A stretch of DNA of 63,800 bases, filler included, from Octopus bimaculoides (GCF_001194135.2; 4 parts of 4 records of this genome joined end to end with filler, not necessarily neighbours in it), one strand, 5' to 3'; shown: positions 1 through 12,587, counted from the first letter of the whole stretch. Numbers and translations: made by a program. The notes: a model not told the origin generated them from the sequence alone.

Positions 1-20
1 TATATATATATATACATTTA

Positions 21-266
21 TGTTTCAGTCATTAGACTGCAGCCATGCTACGGCACCACCTTGAAGAATTTTTGGTTTAATTAATTGATCCCAGTACTTA
101 TTTTTGTTAAACTTGGTACTTCTATTGGTCACACTTGCCAAACTGGTAAGTTATGGGGACATAAACACACCAACACCAGTTGTCAAGCAGTTGTGTTGGG
201 GACAAACACGGACAAAAAGATACATACACACACATATATATATACACTCACATCTATACACACACG

Positions 267-305
<39 letters not shown>
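21..305 (-). mobile_element. SINE family A, 3' half (tRNA-derived SINE with internal TA/TG microsatellite)
   Basis: Matches the 3' half of the intact copies at 9238-9817 and 22645-23003 (TGTTTCAGTCATT.GACTG...CCATGCT...ACACCAACA...GTTGTCAAG); CpG-decayed. Confidence 0.85.
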
Positions 306-307
<2 letters not shown>

Positions 308-930
308 TATTTGATGGCATGAAAGAGGTACTGGCACATTAGATGCTCTCCAATTTCAACAGCAAATATTCAAGAAAAATGTTTTCAGTGTTTTAAAACA
401 AGAAATATGGTCCAACTTTGCATGAAATAGAAGACATAGACCTTGGGTGAATTTTTCCCTTTCTGAAATCTTTTTGGATAAGTAGTATTTCTTATATGCC
501 ATCAGATAAGGTATTGCATCATTTGGTTAGCTGGTAAAGCCCTAAAGTACGACTTATATATGTATATATAAATTTCCACAATTCTGCAAGCATTCCACTT
601 AAAAATGATAGTAATTGCTAACATTTAGGACAATACTACATGACATTACATGAGATTATACAGGACTTAGGAGGTAATGGATTCACAAAAGAGGATACAA
701 TTTATTTAGTGGTTTCTGTAATTGTTATTTGCCATATATTGGCCTTCCCCTTATCTGTGAATCTTTTAATTTTAAATTCTCGTATAACTGCACAGCAAGT
801 AAATGTTGAGCACTTAAAGAAATGTGGAAATTTTCCCAGATGAAACCGTTAGTAGCACAGTCAATCCACAAATGAATATTTATCCACAAAATGCAATGTC
901 GGTGGTCAGTACTTTTTCTCACTCATTGCT

Positions 931-974
<44 letters not shown>

Positions 975-977
<3 letters not shown>

Positions 978-1537
978 CTCTGCCAAGGGTGTAGCCAGCC
1001 CATTTATGTGTACCTTCCTTCATTGGACACTAAACTCCGCTTGCGAAGACCTGTTGAGGCAAGTGATATTGAAATCGAACTAAATTCGACGACTGGCACC
1101 CATGCCAACGTCGTCTCCTTCATTGGATACGAAACTCGGCTTGCAAAGACCTGTTGGGGCAAGCGAAAGTGAAATCGTGATGGAACCTGTGCCCAGCGTT
1201 GCCTTCCTGGTACTTGTGTCGGTGGCAAGTGTAAAGACATTCGAGCGAGATCATTGCCAGTGATTCTGGACTGGCTCCTGTGCAGGTGGCATGTAGAAAA
1301 CACCATTTTGAGCGTGGTTGTTGCCAGTACCACCTGACTGGCCTTCGTGCCAGTGGCACCTAAAAGCACCCATTACATTCTCGGAGTGGTTGGTGTTAGG
1401 AAGGGCATCCAGCTGTAGAAACTCTGCCAAATCAGATTGGAGCCTGGTGTAGCCATCTGGTTCACCAGTCCTCAGTAAAATCGTCCAACCCATGCTAGCA
1501 TGGAAAGCAGACGTTAAACGATGATGATAATGATGAT
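975..1537 (+). mobile_element. RTE-clade LINE 3' UTR, 5'-truncated, (GAT)n tail
   Basis: Colinear with the UTR that follows the RTE RT C-terminus at 21743-22518; ends CCCATGCTAGCATGGAAAGCAGACGTTAAAC(GAT)n. Confidence 0.85.
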
Positions 1538-1972
1538 GGGACTTGTTCATTCAGTACAAAACACAAGAACTCTATTGGAAAGCTGACACAGTAATGACCC
1601 AAATAGGAAAAATCAATAACAGAGAGATAGAGTAAAAGCCTGAGATAACAATAAAGAATTAGAGAGACAAAATCCAAAGATAAAAATTATTATAAATGTG
1701 TGATAAAATAGATTCTGTAATTGTTGAAGAATTCAATAAATTTACAAAAATATTCAGTAAAAATATGTTCAGTCAGTTTGATAAAATTTGCTTTCCTTGG
1801 AAAACCTAATTGAACAGATAAAAAACATCCAGTAAAATCACTGTTTTTTTTTTTTTTGCTATTTCTAACCCATGCTAGCATGGAAAAATAGATGTAATAC
1901 AGCCAAACAAATGTATGAAGTTGATTGAATATTTTGTTAAAAGTCTTCTGGATTTAAATTTCACTACTGTAT

Positions 1973-2120
1973 AGGTGCAGGCATTGCTGTGCTGTAAGAA
2001 CTACATAGTTTCAAGTTCAGTCCCAATGCTTGGCAACTTGGACCAGTCTCTACCATTTTAGTCTCAAGCTGATCAAAGCCTTGTGAGTGGTTTAGGTAAA
2101 TGGAAACTGAAAGAAACCCA
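1973..2120 (+). mobile_element. SINE family A, 5' half, degenerate
   Basis: GCAGGCATTGCTGTG...AGTTCAGTCCC...AAAGCCTTGTGAGTGG...GGAAACTGAAAGAAACC followed by (TA)n. Confidence 0.75.
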
Positions 2121-2209
2121 TATATATATATATATATGCAGGTATATATGTATGTATCTCTGTATGTATGTACATATATACATACTCTGCCTATCTATCT
2201 GTGCATACC

Positions 2210-2440
2210 TGTCACTGCCATGTATGCCATAAGGTCTTCAAATCTAACGGAGGCCTCAAAAGACATTTGAAGATCCATTAAGATAGGAACTTAACTGCAG
2301 CTCTTGGTGGTCCAAAGCAGATTTGGGTGTCTTTTCAGAACATTGTCTGGTTTAAAAAGCTACATCAAACACCATGAGAGATTTAAGGTGTAAGCACAGA
2401 AGGTGATCAGACTCTGCACAAGGAATATACAACCACCATA
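2210..2440 (+). pseudogene. Decayed tandem C2H2 zinc-finger motifs, probably the C-terminus of an RTE-type LINE ORF
   Basis: 2216-2278 reads CHVCHKVFKSNGGLKRHLKIH then stop; a second frameshifted finger-like segment (CLFRTLSGLKSYIKHH) follows; ends in an AT/CA tail. Confidence 0.5.
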
Positions 2441-3117
2441 TATGTATATATACACACACACACACAAGATTTACATTTTGATGAGAGTTCCCCAACTGGA
2501 TTTTACTAGATGAATATTTTTAATTAAAATTTCCCGATATAAATTTTAGATAGCGGTTTATGATGAGGAGGTGAAATTGGAAATGAGATCAGTATTTTAA
2601 TTTTCTTTTATTCTAATTTTGATAAGCGGTCTCCTCCCTAATTGGACTTTCTTAAATGTAAATTTTTCTAATGAAGTTTTCCAGATATGATTTTAAGGAT
2701 ATAGAACACCATTAACTTGATAAAATTTGTAAAAAAAGGGTTTTTCTTAATCTACACTTTCAAATCTGCAAATTTGTAAGATTTCATGAAAACATTTCAC
2801 AAAGTCTTGCTGATCCGCAAAGCTGCAGGGTTATACATATTTTGAAGAATTGGAATTCACTGTAGTTATACATGTATGTATATATGTTTAACGTAACTTC
2901 TGGACTTATTTAATTGGAACTATCCAAACGATAGTAATCAATTTACATGAGTAGAAGCTTTTTATTTAACAATTTTTATCCTGAAAATCACCTGATATTT
3001 TTGTTTTAAAGTGAAATATGTATGAATGTGTATATGAAATGAATGTGTGTGTGAGAGAGAGAGAAAGAGAATGGGCCACTTACACATACATGCGAACACA
3101 CGCATTCACTCACTCAC

Positions 3118-3156
<39 letters not shown>

Positions 3157-3584
3157 TGCACACATACATACAAAAAAGGTTTACGCATATGTATTGATGT
3201 ATATATACATGACAACACACCGCTTCCCTCAGTCTCTCTCTCTTTTTCTCTCTCTCTCTTCCTCTCTCTCTTTCACACACACGTCCATTTCATATACACG
3301 TACATACATCCTTCATTTTCTTATCTCTTTCCCTTTAAAACAAAAGTAAATAAATAAAATTCTTTTACGGAAATGAACGAACTCCAGATGATAAAATCCC
3401 ATTCAGTTAAAATTATTTCTAAATGATTAAAATATTGTGAATGTCAAAAATTTGTTTGGTTTTTTGTTTCTTAGAGTGTGTGAAGACTATGTGTGTATAT
3501 GTCACAGATAGTAGACGTGTGTTTGTATTAATTGACACACTATGATATTCATTATATGTGTGTGAAGACTATGTGTGTATGTGT

Positions 3585-3809
3585 AAAGGCTGACCCTTTG
3601 AATTACAGGCACAACAGAAACAGGAAGTAAGAGTGAGAGAAAGTTGTGGTGGAAGAGTACAGCAGGGTTCGCCACCATCCCCTGCCGGAGCCTCGTGGAA
3701 CTTTTGGTGTTTTTGCTCAATAAACACTCACAACACCTGGTCTGGGAATCGAAACCGCGATCCTATGACCACGAGTCCGCTGCCTTAACCACCGGGCCAT
3801 TGCATCTCC
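3585..3809 (-). mobile_element. SINE family B (tRNA-Arg-like head, resembles octopus OR-type SINEs), partial
   Basis: Reverse strand has A-box TGGCCCGGTGG, GACTCGTGG anticodon-like segment and B-box GTTTCGATTCC; matches the copy at 10521-11194. Confidence 0.8.
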
Positions 3810-3921
3810 ACCTTTGAGGGTGTAGATTATGATTATCATGAGATCAGTTGCTCCAAATGCTAGGGATAACTATCACCAACGATCTCTCCTCCTGAAATTC
3901 CATCCTTGATATGGCTTAGAC

Positions 3922-4216
3922 CAGAGGTTTTCAAACTGTGGTCCGCGGACCACAGGGGGTCCGCAAGGACAAGGCAGGGGTGCCGTGGGCAACAAATACT
4001 TTTTATGGGCAATTTGATTTTATACATGTCTTTTAATCGAAATCTTTTAATTGACAATAAACCTATTTGTTAAATACTGTTAAATAAATAAATGTAAAAA
4101 TATATGTTATTTTAAGCAAATATTTGTGTATAAATTTCATAAGCGTTTATAAGCGTTTATAAGGTAAAGCCTGAAATATAAAGGGGTCCACAAGTCAAAA
4201 AGTTTGAAAACCCCTG
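3922..4216. mobile_element. hAT (Charlie/Buster-type) MITE
   Basis: TIRs CAGAGGTTTTCAAACT / AGTTTGAAAACCCCTG; perfect 8-bp TSD GCTTAGAC (3914-3921, 4217-4224) with central TA. Confidence 0.92.
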
Positions 4217-4753
4217 GCTTAGACTACATCTCAAACACTAATCCTTCTTTTTAGAACCAAGAAATATTTTAACCCCCCAAAAATGCTGATATTCTCCAAG
4301 ACTCATGCAAGGCCCACAACGGAGTAGTGCTCCTTCGTTTAAGATGATAATGCTGCTATAGACATAGACATATTGGATGCCTATAGAGAAGGGCCATTTG
4401 ACTAATTGGTATTTAATCAGGAATGGACAAACTCCAGCCTCTGGACCACAGGTGTGTTGTTTCCTCTTTCTGACCTTCACTTTTAGGGTCTCAATTCTGT
4501 TATGGTGGGTGGGTCTTATTGAGTACAGCAGTGGGTGGGTAGGTCTTCTTTTTCCATTCATGGGACAACTTTTCCAAAACTCTCCCTTTTTTAAAAATTT
4601 CAATTGGACATGATTACAACACCTTGCCTTTTCTATTCATATAAGGTGTAGAACTTCAAAGGGACTGTAATTCCCAAAACCTTACCAACTTCAACAGACA
4701 GTTAGTTCAGAACCCAGTCTTAATACTTTGGCATGGGTGCATCTGTACCATTG

Positions 4754-4818
4754 GTGTTAATATTTCACATGATTTGTGTTAATATTTCACATGATTTGTG
4801 TTAATATTTCACATGATT
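4754..4818. repeat. 22-bp minisatellite, 3 copies
   Basis: GTGTTAATATTTCACATGATTT repeated three times. Confidence 0.9.
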
Positions 4819-5084
4819 CGATGTTTTATTCCTTTCAATTCCATTCTTAATTTATTTACCATTCCCATTGACCAATTAGCTGATACTTGTTTGCACTTGC
4901 AAAATTTGTTGTTAACAGTCAATTTCTTTGACTTTTCAACATGAAACAAACTTTTATGTATAAATTTTACATAGAGAAATTGGAAATATTCCAAGACAGC
5001 CAAACATTGGATGTGTATATGATTTATTTGAACCGTGTTTTGATCATTAAAAGATACATCTGCTATGATTCAAGCATTACCTCT

Positions 5085-5335
5085 CACTCTCTCTCTCCAT
5101 CAATCATACCATCTTTCACTCTTTCTCTCTCTCTCTGTCTTTCTCCACCTCACACATCATCTCTCTCTCTCTCTTTCTCCATCACATACACATCATCTCT
5201 CTGTCTTTTTCTCCATCACACACATCGTCTCTCTCTCTCTCTTTCCCTCTTTCTCTTTCTCTCTCTCTCTTTCTCCATCACGCACATCCACCTCTCTTTC
5301 TCTCTCCACCACCACAAAAAAACACACACACACTT
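5085..5335. repeat. CT/CA-rich higher-order minisatellite
   Basis: Recurrent CTCTCT...TCTCCATCAC(A)CACA(C)ATC units. Confidence 0.7.
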
Positions 5336-5654
5336 ACTTCATTTAGTAGGTTTCATTCAAACAGATTTCATTTAACCTCACAACAGAGATAACTTACTTT
5401 TCACAAATGAATCAGTCACAAAAACTTTGAAACATAATTTAAAAAAAATAAAACAAACAACTGATAAATAAATAAATAAATTAATTAATAAACTTCTTTT
5501 CAACCTAAGATTTGCTAATGTAAAACGTATTTTTTGGCATCTTTTTCTAAATAGTTATTTCATCTAACTTCGTTATTTCCAGAGATTGCACAAAGTGCTA
5601 AATAATAAATTCTTCTTTTGTTTTTGCTTCAATGTCTCAGTTTTGTGATTACTG

Positions 5655-5960
5655 TGTCAAATGTGATGCTTATATATTCACATAGGTGTGAATTAATCGT
5701 ACATTATCTCGTAGCTTCAAGATTTCAATGATATGATTGTTTATTTTTAAAATGACATTGTAAGGTAGGTGTGAGAGGCTGGATCTGACTAGTTTCATCA
5801 TTAAACAGGTAGAATATTTGCGCCCTGTTATGGCTGGCTTAACTTTCTAGCATTCAGATCACCAAATATAATGCTTATTCATTCACATTGTTCTGAATTA
5901 AACATGCATTATTTTGTAGCTTTAAGATTTCAATGACATCATTGTCTATTCTTTCAATAT
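5655..5960. repeat. Two tandem partial copies of a ~200-bp dispersed repeat (possibly a TTAA-type MITE)
   Basis: ATTCACAT...GAATTAA...CATTAT...GTAGCTT.AAGATTTCAATGA occurs twice about 200 bp apart; the second copy starts at TTAA. Class assignment is weak. Confidence 0.4.
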
Positions 5961-6105
5961 CATCGTCTATTCTTATCTGACTTGGGGCTATAGTGCATGA
6001 AACTTGCCCCCTATTTGCAGCACTGTGGGATTGAACATTAAACCACATGTTTGCAGAGTGAGCCTCTTTACTACGCAGCCATTCACGTGTGTGTGTGTAT
6101 AAATT

Positions 6106-6388
6106 ATCATCATCGTTTAATGTCCGTTTTCTATGCTAGCATGGGTTGGACGATTTGACTGGGGACTGGTGAACCAGATGGCTGCACCAGGCCCTAATCT
6201 GATCTGGCAGAGTTTCTACAGCTGGGTGCCCTTCCTAACGCCAACCCCTCCGAGAGTGTAGTGGGTGCTTTTTACATGCCACCAGCATGAGGGCCAGTCA
6301 GGCAGTAATGGCAACAGCCACGCACAAATGGTTATTTTTACGTGCCAACTGCACAGGAATCAGTCCAATGTTTTGTTCACATGCCACC
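6106..6388 (-). mobile_element. RTE LINE 3' UTR fragment
   Basis: Reverse complement of the (GAT)n-tailed UTR family. Confidence 0.85.
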
Positions 6389-6664
6389 TTCCCCCAAAAT
6401 TTCAAGGCCTTGTGCCTTCAATAGAAAGGATTATTATCATTAGTGTTATTATTTCAGGAAAATATAGTCAAGACTACAAGAAATGAATATCCAAATATTT
6501 TAAGGGAGGGAAAATTGAAAGGTTTCTTTTTCTCAACTGTGTAAATCACTTCTCAACTGTGTAAATCAACCTTAGGACACTAACACAATAAACGAGGTAA
6601 AAACAAGCTTTAAACACATTAATCTTTTCAACTCTGTCCCATTGGAATATCGTTTGGGTTTGAG

Positions 6665-6790
6665 CACTCATTAACATTGTAATTAACCTATCAATCAATG
6701 CAAGTGTTAATTGACAGTGGAAGCCCTGGCAATTTTATCAAAGCTAATAGTTTTCCATTGCAGGATGTTTGGCTCATTAAACTAATCAGA
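6665..6790 (+). pseudogene. Relic retropepsin (LTR-retrotransposon aspartic protease) motif
   Basis: ORF 6698 reads MQVLIDSGSPGNFIK, fitting the retroviral-type LID(S/T)G(S/A)xxNFI catalytic motif; no RT or integrase is visible nearby. Confidence 0.4.
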
Positions 6791-6926
6791 GGCAATTTTG
6801 TAATAGTGTCTATGCATTTACCAAAGTCAATTATAATTGTTTTAATTAATTATATTCTCTGTCTTCCAAACACATTCTCATGACAGGACTTTGGCCAATC
6901 TGGAAAATTATTATTATTTTATTATT

Positions 6927-7128
6927 GAGCTGGCAGAATTGGTAGCACACTGAGAAAAATGCTTTGTGGCATTTCATCCGTCTTCGTGTTCTGTGTTCAA
7001 ACTCTGCGGAGATTGCTTTTTGCCTTTCCTCCATTTGGGGTCGATAAAATAAGTACCAAGGGGTACTTATTTTATCAACGCAATCGACTTATCCCCTCCC
7101 CAAAATTTCTGGCCTTGAGTCAAAATTT
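6927..7128 (+). mobile_element. SINE family C (GGCGAGCTGGCAGAATCG head)
   Basis: Matches the copies at 19735, 30285, 32105 and 51170-51990; CpG-decayed. Confidence 0.8.
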
Positions 7129-7181
7129 ACATATATATATAAACATACATACACACATACATGTATATATATATATATATA

Positions 7182-7287
7182 TAGCTCGAAACGTTAAAGA
7201 CTTTCCGTATTCCCGAGCGTCATACTAATACATCCTTTTGTTGTTTACACCACCTGTCCTTGTCTGTTGTTTTTTTCATACATTCTC

Positions 7288-7290
<3 letters not shown>
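7182..7290 (+). mobile_element. PLE-like hammerhead family H1, 5'-truncated copy inside (AT)n
   Basis: TAGCTCGAAACGTTAAAGAC...CATTCTCCCA is near-identical to 34199-34309; flanked by (AT)n on both sides. Confidence 0.8.
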
Positions 7291-7349
<59 letters not shown>

Positions 7350-7521
7350 GCATACATACATGCATACATAATATATATATATACACACACACACACACAT
7401 ATATGTATATATATATACATGCATAATACATATATATATTTTACTTACATACGTTGTACTTACATATGTTGTATATATATATATACATGCATAATACATA
7501 TATATATTTTACTTACATACG

Positions 7522-7606
<85 letters not shown>

Positions 7607-8708
7607 NNNNNNNNNNNNNNNNNNNNNNNNNNNNNNNNNNNNNNNNNNNNNNNNNNNNNNNNNNNNNNNNNNNNNNNNNNNNNNNNNNNNNNNNNNNNNN
7701 NNNNNNNNNNNNNNNNNNNNNNNNNNNNNNNNNNNNNNNNNNNNNNNNNNNNNNNNNNNNNNNNNNNNNNNNNNNNNNNNNNNNNNNNNNNNNNNNNNNN
7801 NNNNNNNNNNNNNNNNNNNNNNNNNNNNNNNNNNNNNNNNNNNNNNNNNNNNNNNNNNNNNNNNNNNNNNNNNNNNNNNNNNNNNNNNNNNNNNNNNNNN
7901 NNNNNNNNNNNNNNNNNNNNNNNNNNNNNNNNNNNNNNNNNNNNNNNNNNNNNNNNNNNNNNNNNNNNNNNNNNNATATATATATATATTTATAAAAAAG
8001 AAGTTTGAAAACACCAATATCTAAAAAATGAATTTTAATTTAAAATTTTGTCAGAGATATTTTTAACATGTTTTGGTTCTTGAAAAAAACGAACCTTATC
8101 AAAAATACATATTTAAAAAAATGAAATTAAATGAAAAGTTCATAATTGTTCCTTACTGGTGTCAACATAGTCCAAGTGGGAGCATTTTTTGTTGGTAGTA
8201 GTAGTAGTAGTGACCTTGTTGGTAATGGTAAATGGCAGTGACCTCTGTCCGTGTCAGTAGCAGTAGTTAATTGGTTGTAGTGGTAGGGGTGGAAGCAACA
8301 CAAGCAGCAGCCTAATTTATGTATATATTAATATATGCATGTCTTGCTTTTGCAAGTTGGTTCCCTGATGATGAATTTATGTGCATTTTCCAGCACCTCT
8401 CACTTCTTTGGAGTAGAGTCCACATAAATTTTGAAACATATGTAGGAATTAAAGAAACTTATTGATTATATGTGTTTTGCTCCATTTATTATTATTATTC
8501 ATATCTACTCAAAATACATCACTTTAACATAGAATTTCTACCCATTAACCGGGTATGATATCTCAGTTTTGTATGGTTTTTGCTACTCTGGTAACTATTA
8601 ACATATTTACATTATCTAAGTTTTTTCAACCAAGATAATATTAATATATACATAAATTAATATATATATTTATATATATATATATATATATATATACACG
8701 TGTATGTA

Positions 8709-8740
<32 letters not shown>

Positions 8741-9039
8741 AATATATTTCGTTAGTGGATCATACATCTGAAAAAGAAGCACACTCTAAATATATATATA
8801 TACATATATATATATTTACACACACATGAACACACACACACACACACACATATACAGATATAGTGTCGTTATATTTATTATCCTGGCAATTATTATTTAT
8901 AACTTGTAATTGGTTTCAGAATTTATAACATATTGGAAATTATTGTAGCATTTGCCATGCTTACATTCACTAAATGATTCAGTTTTCCCCATCACTGAAT
9001 GCATTATGGCCAGGGATATTGGGAAACGACTGAAGGAAT

Positions 9040-9230
9040 ATCCTTGTGAATACATAGAGCCAAAATAGGGGGCCTGTGAAGGATTTTAGAGTAATATTAC
9101 TTGACAGGGTGTGTAACTCAGAGATTAGAGATTCTCTCCCAATTAAGCTGTTGCATTTTCGCATTGAGAGATTACAGCTCCAGTACAATGGATATGAGAT
9201 CAGAGTATCACAGAGAAGGCACATGGCTTA
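9040..9230 (+). pseudogene. Degenerate RTE-type reverse transcriptase C-terminal fragment
   Basis: Frame reads RVCNSEIRDSLPIKLLHFRIERLQLQYNGYEIRV, resembling the RTE motif DRVRNxEIRxxLxVxxLxxRIExxQLRWYGHVxR. Confidence 0.5.
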
Positions 9231-9237
9231 GTGTTTA

Positions 9238-9817
9238 GGTGCAGGAGTGGCTGTGTGGTAAGTAGTTTGCTTACCAACCACATGGTTCCGGGTTCATTCC
9301 CACTGCGTGGCATCTTGGGCAAGTGTCTTCTACTATAGCCTCGGGCCGNNNNNNNNNNNNNNNNNNNNNNNNNNNNNNNNNNNNNNNNNNNNNNNNNNNN
9401 NNNNNNNNNNNNNNNNNNNNNNNNNNNNNNNNNNNNNNNNNNNNNNNNNNNNNNNNNNNNNNNNNNNNNNNNNNNNNNNNNNNNNNNNNNNNNNNNNNNN
9501 NNNNNNNNNNNNNNNNNNNNNTGAGTGGATTTAGTAGACGGAAACTGAAAGAAGCCTGTCGTATATATGTATGTGTATATGTATGTGTGTGTTTGTGTGT
9601 CTGTGTTTGTCCCCCTAGCATTGCTTGACAAACGATGCTGGTGTGTTTATGTCCCCGTCACTTAGCGGTTCGGCAAAAGAGACCGATAGAATAAGTACTA
9701 GGCTTACAAAGAATAAGTTCTGGGGTCGATTCGATTTGCTTGACTAAAGGTGGTGCTCCAGCATGGCCGCAGTCAAATGACTGAAACAAGTAAAAGTGTA
9801 AGAGAGTAAACGAGAGT
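9238..9817 (+). mobile_element. SINE family A, full-length young copy spanning a gap
   Basis: A-box TGGCTGTGTGG, B-box-like GGTTCATTCCC, CORE-like CTTGGGCAAGTGTCTT, internal microsatellite, GTAAAAGA tail; CpGs intact. Confidence 0.9.
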
Positions 9818-9831
9818 ATTCATAAATTTAC

Positions 9832-9990
9832 GAGTTCAATACTTGGTAGCATGTTGTGCCCTTCAGCAAGTCACTTCATTTCTCATAGCCGCAGTCCACT
9901 CAGCTGGCAAAAGATGAGTTGTAAATTGAAAGGTCCGGCCTTGTCATGTTTGGTGTGTCAAGCTGAATCTCTTTCAGAACTATGTTAAGG
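9832..9990 (+). mobile_element. SINE family D fragment
   Basis: CAGCAAGTCACTTCATTTC...CAGTCCACTCAGCTGGCAAAAGATGAGTTG matches 28848-29148. Confidence 0.65.
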
Positions 9991-10520
9991 GTAGGTGTGG
10001 AGAGGTTAATTGACAATCATCAGACACAACCAGGTCCAACAATTAATTGTTCAGCAACACGAAATCACTATATTTATAGTATATTTATAGACAGATAAAG
10101 GAAAACAGAGAGACAGACAGACAGATATAGATGTATTCAACACATAAATGCCACTGATGCAAGCAAAATACATATGGCAAATCAATATGTGTGTGCACAT
10201 ACATGTATGTATAAGCAACCAAAATGAAATTCATTATATGAAACATGTCTTCCTACAACAATTTGTGCTAATACTATGACATTTATTCCTAATTGCTTCA
10301 TACAAATTCTAATATATATCAAATTAGTTTCAATATTTAACTTGGCCTATATATAGCGTCAATAAAATTATTATTCCGGCAATTATTATTTGTAAATCTT
10401 TATATTTGGTTTTTGTATTTTTTAACAAATTTGAAATTGCTTTATCATTTGTCATGTATACATTCGCTGTATGCTTCAATTTTCACCATGGCTTATTAAC
10501 ATTATTAAGTAATTTACTCT

Positions 10521-11194
10521 TTGTTGTTGGCACTCCGTCGCTTACGACGTCGAGGGTTCCAGTTGATCCGATCAACGGAACAGCCTGCTCGTGAAATTAA
10601 CGTGCAAGTGGCTGAACACTCCACAGACACGTGTACGCTTAATGTAGTTCTCGGGGATATTCAGCGTGATACAGTGTGACAAGGCTGACCTTTTGAATTA
10701 CAGGCACAACAGAAACAGGAAGTAAGAGTAAGAGAAAGTTGTGGTGGAAGAGTGCAGCAGGGTTTGCCACCATCCCCTGCCGGAGCCTCGTGGAGCTTTA
10801 GGTGTTTTCGCTCAATAGACACTCACAACGCCCGGTCTGGGAATCGAAACCGNNNNNNNNNNCAACGGAACAGCCTGCTCGTGAAATTAACGTGCAAGTG
10901 GCTGAACACTCCACAGACACGTGTACGCTTAATGTAGTTCTCGGGGATATTCAGCGTGATACAGTGTGACAAGGCTGACCTTTTGAATTACAGGCACAAC
11001 AGAAACAGGAAGTAAGAGTAAGAGAAAGTTGTGGTGGAAGAGTGCAGCAGGGTTTGCCACCATCCCCTGCCGGAGCCTCGTGGAGCTTTAGGTGTTTTCG
11101 CTCAATAGACACTCACAACGCCCGGTCTGGGAATCGAAACCGCGATCCTATGACCGCGAGTCCACTGCCCTAACCACTGGGCCATTGCACCTCC
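10521..11194 (-). mobile_element. SINE family B, full-length; ~280 bp appears twice across a 10-N gap
   Basis: tRNA-like head at ~11130-11194; 10572-10852 is repeated identically from 10863, consistent with an assembly overlap. Confidence 0.85.
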
Positions 11195-11439
11195 ACAATT
11201 TACTCTTACACTGTAATCAATATAGCATTTTACATAATCTCTGTCTGTTATTCAATTCTATATCTTTTTCTCAAGGCTAAGGGCTCATATGGTCAGTTGT
11301 CCAGATTCCATGGAATATAGCTGATCGAGATTACATGACCCCTGATGCCAATCAATTGCAAGGGTCAAAGCCAGCACTTTCAAGGGGTGGGGGCAAGTCG
11401 ATCACATCGATCCCTGTATTTGATTGGCACTTTATTTCA

Positions 11440-11752
11440 TTGACCCCAATACTTGATAGTTACTTATTTTATTGGTCTCTTCCGCCGAACTGCCAATTTA
11501 CAGGGACGTAAACACACCAGAACTGGTTATCAAATGGTGGTGGGGTGCAAACACATACAGAAAGACCCCCCACCACCACATATATATATGCACACACATA
11601 TGATGGGCTTCTTTTAGTTTCCATCTACTAAATCCACTCACAAGGCTTTGGTTGGCTTGAGACCATAGTAAAAGACTCTTGCCCAAGGTGTCACACAGTA
11701 GGACTGAACCTGGAACAGTGTGGTTGAGAAGGCAACATTTCACCACATGGTT
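11440..11752 (-). mobile_element. SINE family A, CpG-decayed
   Basis: Family A motifs present with CG to TG/CA changes. Confidence 0.8.
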
Positions 11753-11851
11753 CATTTGTTTAAACTGATCTGTTGTGAAACAACCTGTGAGACTTATCTC
11801 TATTATTTATAGCATGGTATTCATGATTATTGTGAAATGTTTCTTTCACAG

Positions 11852-11922
11852 AACAAACTAATTACATTCCTGCAGCTTATTCAATTAATGATATACAACA
11901 ATGGAGAAAATTCAATTCTAAT
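11852..11922 (+). CDS. Candidate 71-nt coding exon, unidentified (EQTNYIPAAYSINDIQQWRKFNSN)
   Basis: Acceptor GTTTCTTTCACAG, donor GTGAGA, open reading frame between; no homology recognised. Confidence 0.25.
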
Positions 11923-12163
11923 GTGAGAGGTTTAAAGTAAACCGGACAATTAAATTTGTGAAATAAATACAAATGCAATGCAGTGGTTGTCACAGGCAAT
12001 CTTCAAGTTAACAGCGAACAAGACAATGGTTTGACTATTTTCATTATTTTAAATTTTTCTAGACCACATCACTGAATAATATGTCTACTGTATGGTTATT
12101 GTAAACTGAGCGGAAAGCTATAGCTGTTAAACTACAGTCATATGTTGCTTTTATAGTTTGTAG

Positions 12164-12194
<31 letters not shown>

Positions 12195-12587
12195 NNNNNN
12201 NNNNNNNNNNNNNNNNNNNNNNNNNNNNNNNNNNNNNNNNNNNNNNNNNNNNNNNNNNNNNNNNNNNNNNNNNNNNNNNNNNNNNNNNNNNNNNNNNNNN
12301 NNNNNNNNNNNNNNNNNNNNNNNNNNNNNNNNNNNNNNNNNNNNNNNNNNNNNNNNNNNNNNNNNNNNNNNNNNNNNNNNNNNNNNNNNNNNNNNNNNNN
12401 NNNNNNNNNNNNNNNNNNNNNNNNNNNNNNNNNNNNNNNNNNNNNNNNNNNNNNNNNNNNNNNNNNNNNNNNNNNNNNNNNNNNNNNNNNNNNNNNNNNN
12501 NNNNNNNNNNNNNNNNNNNNCTTTGAATACATCCTTGATTCTGACCATAAGCTTGGCCTAACATTTAGAGGCAAGCTGTTAGTGTAA

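Noticed and set aside
629-720. Possible exon QYYMTLHEIIQDLG(GNGFTKED), resembling the acyl-CoA dehydrogenase QxxGGNGF motif
   Set aside because: Weak polypyrimidine tract, and the downstream residues do not continue the ACAD motif (no RDAK); likely chance.
10572-11140. Apparent 280-bp tandem duplication
   Set aside because: Identical copies either side of a 10-N gap indicate an assembly overlap; the same applies at 24527-24614.
3720-11194. tRNA genes
   Set aside because: The tRNA-like A/B boxes are SINE heads with no acceptor stem.
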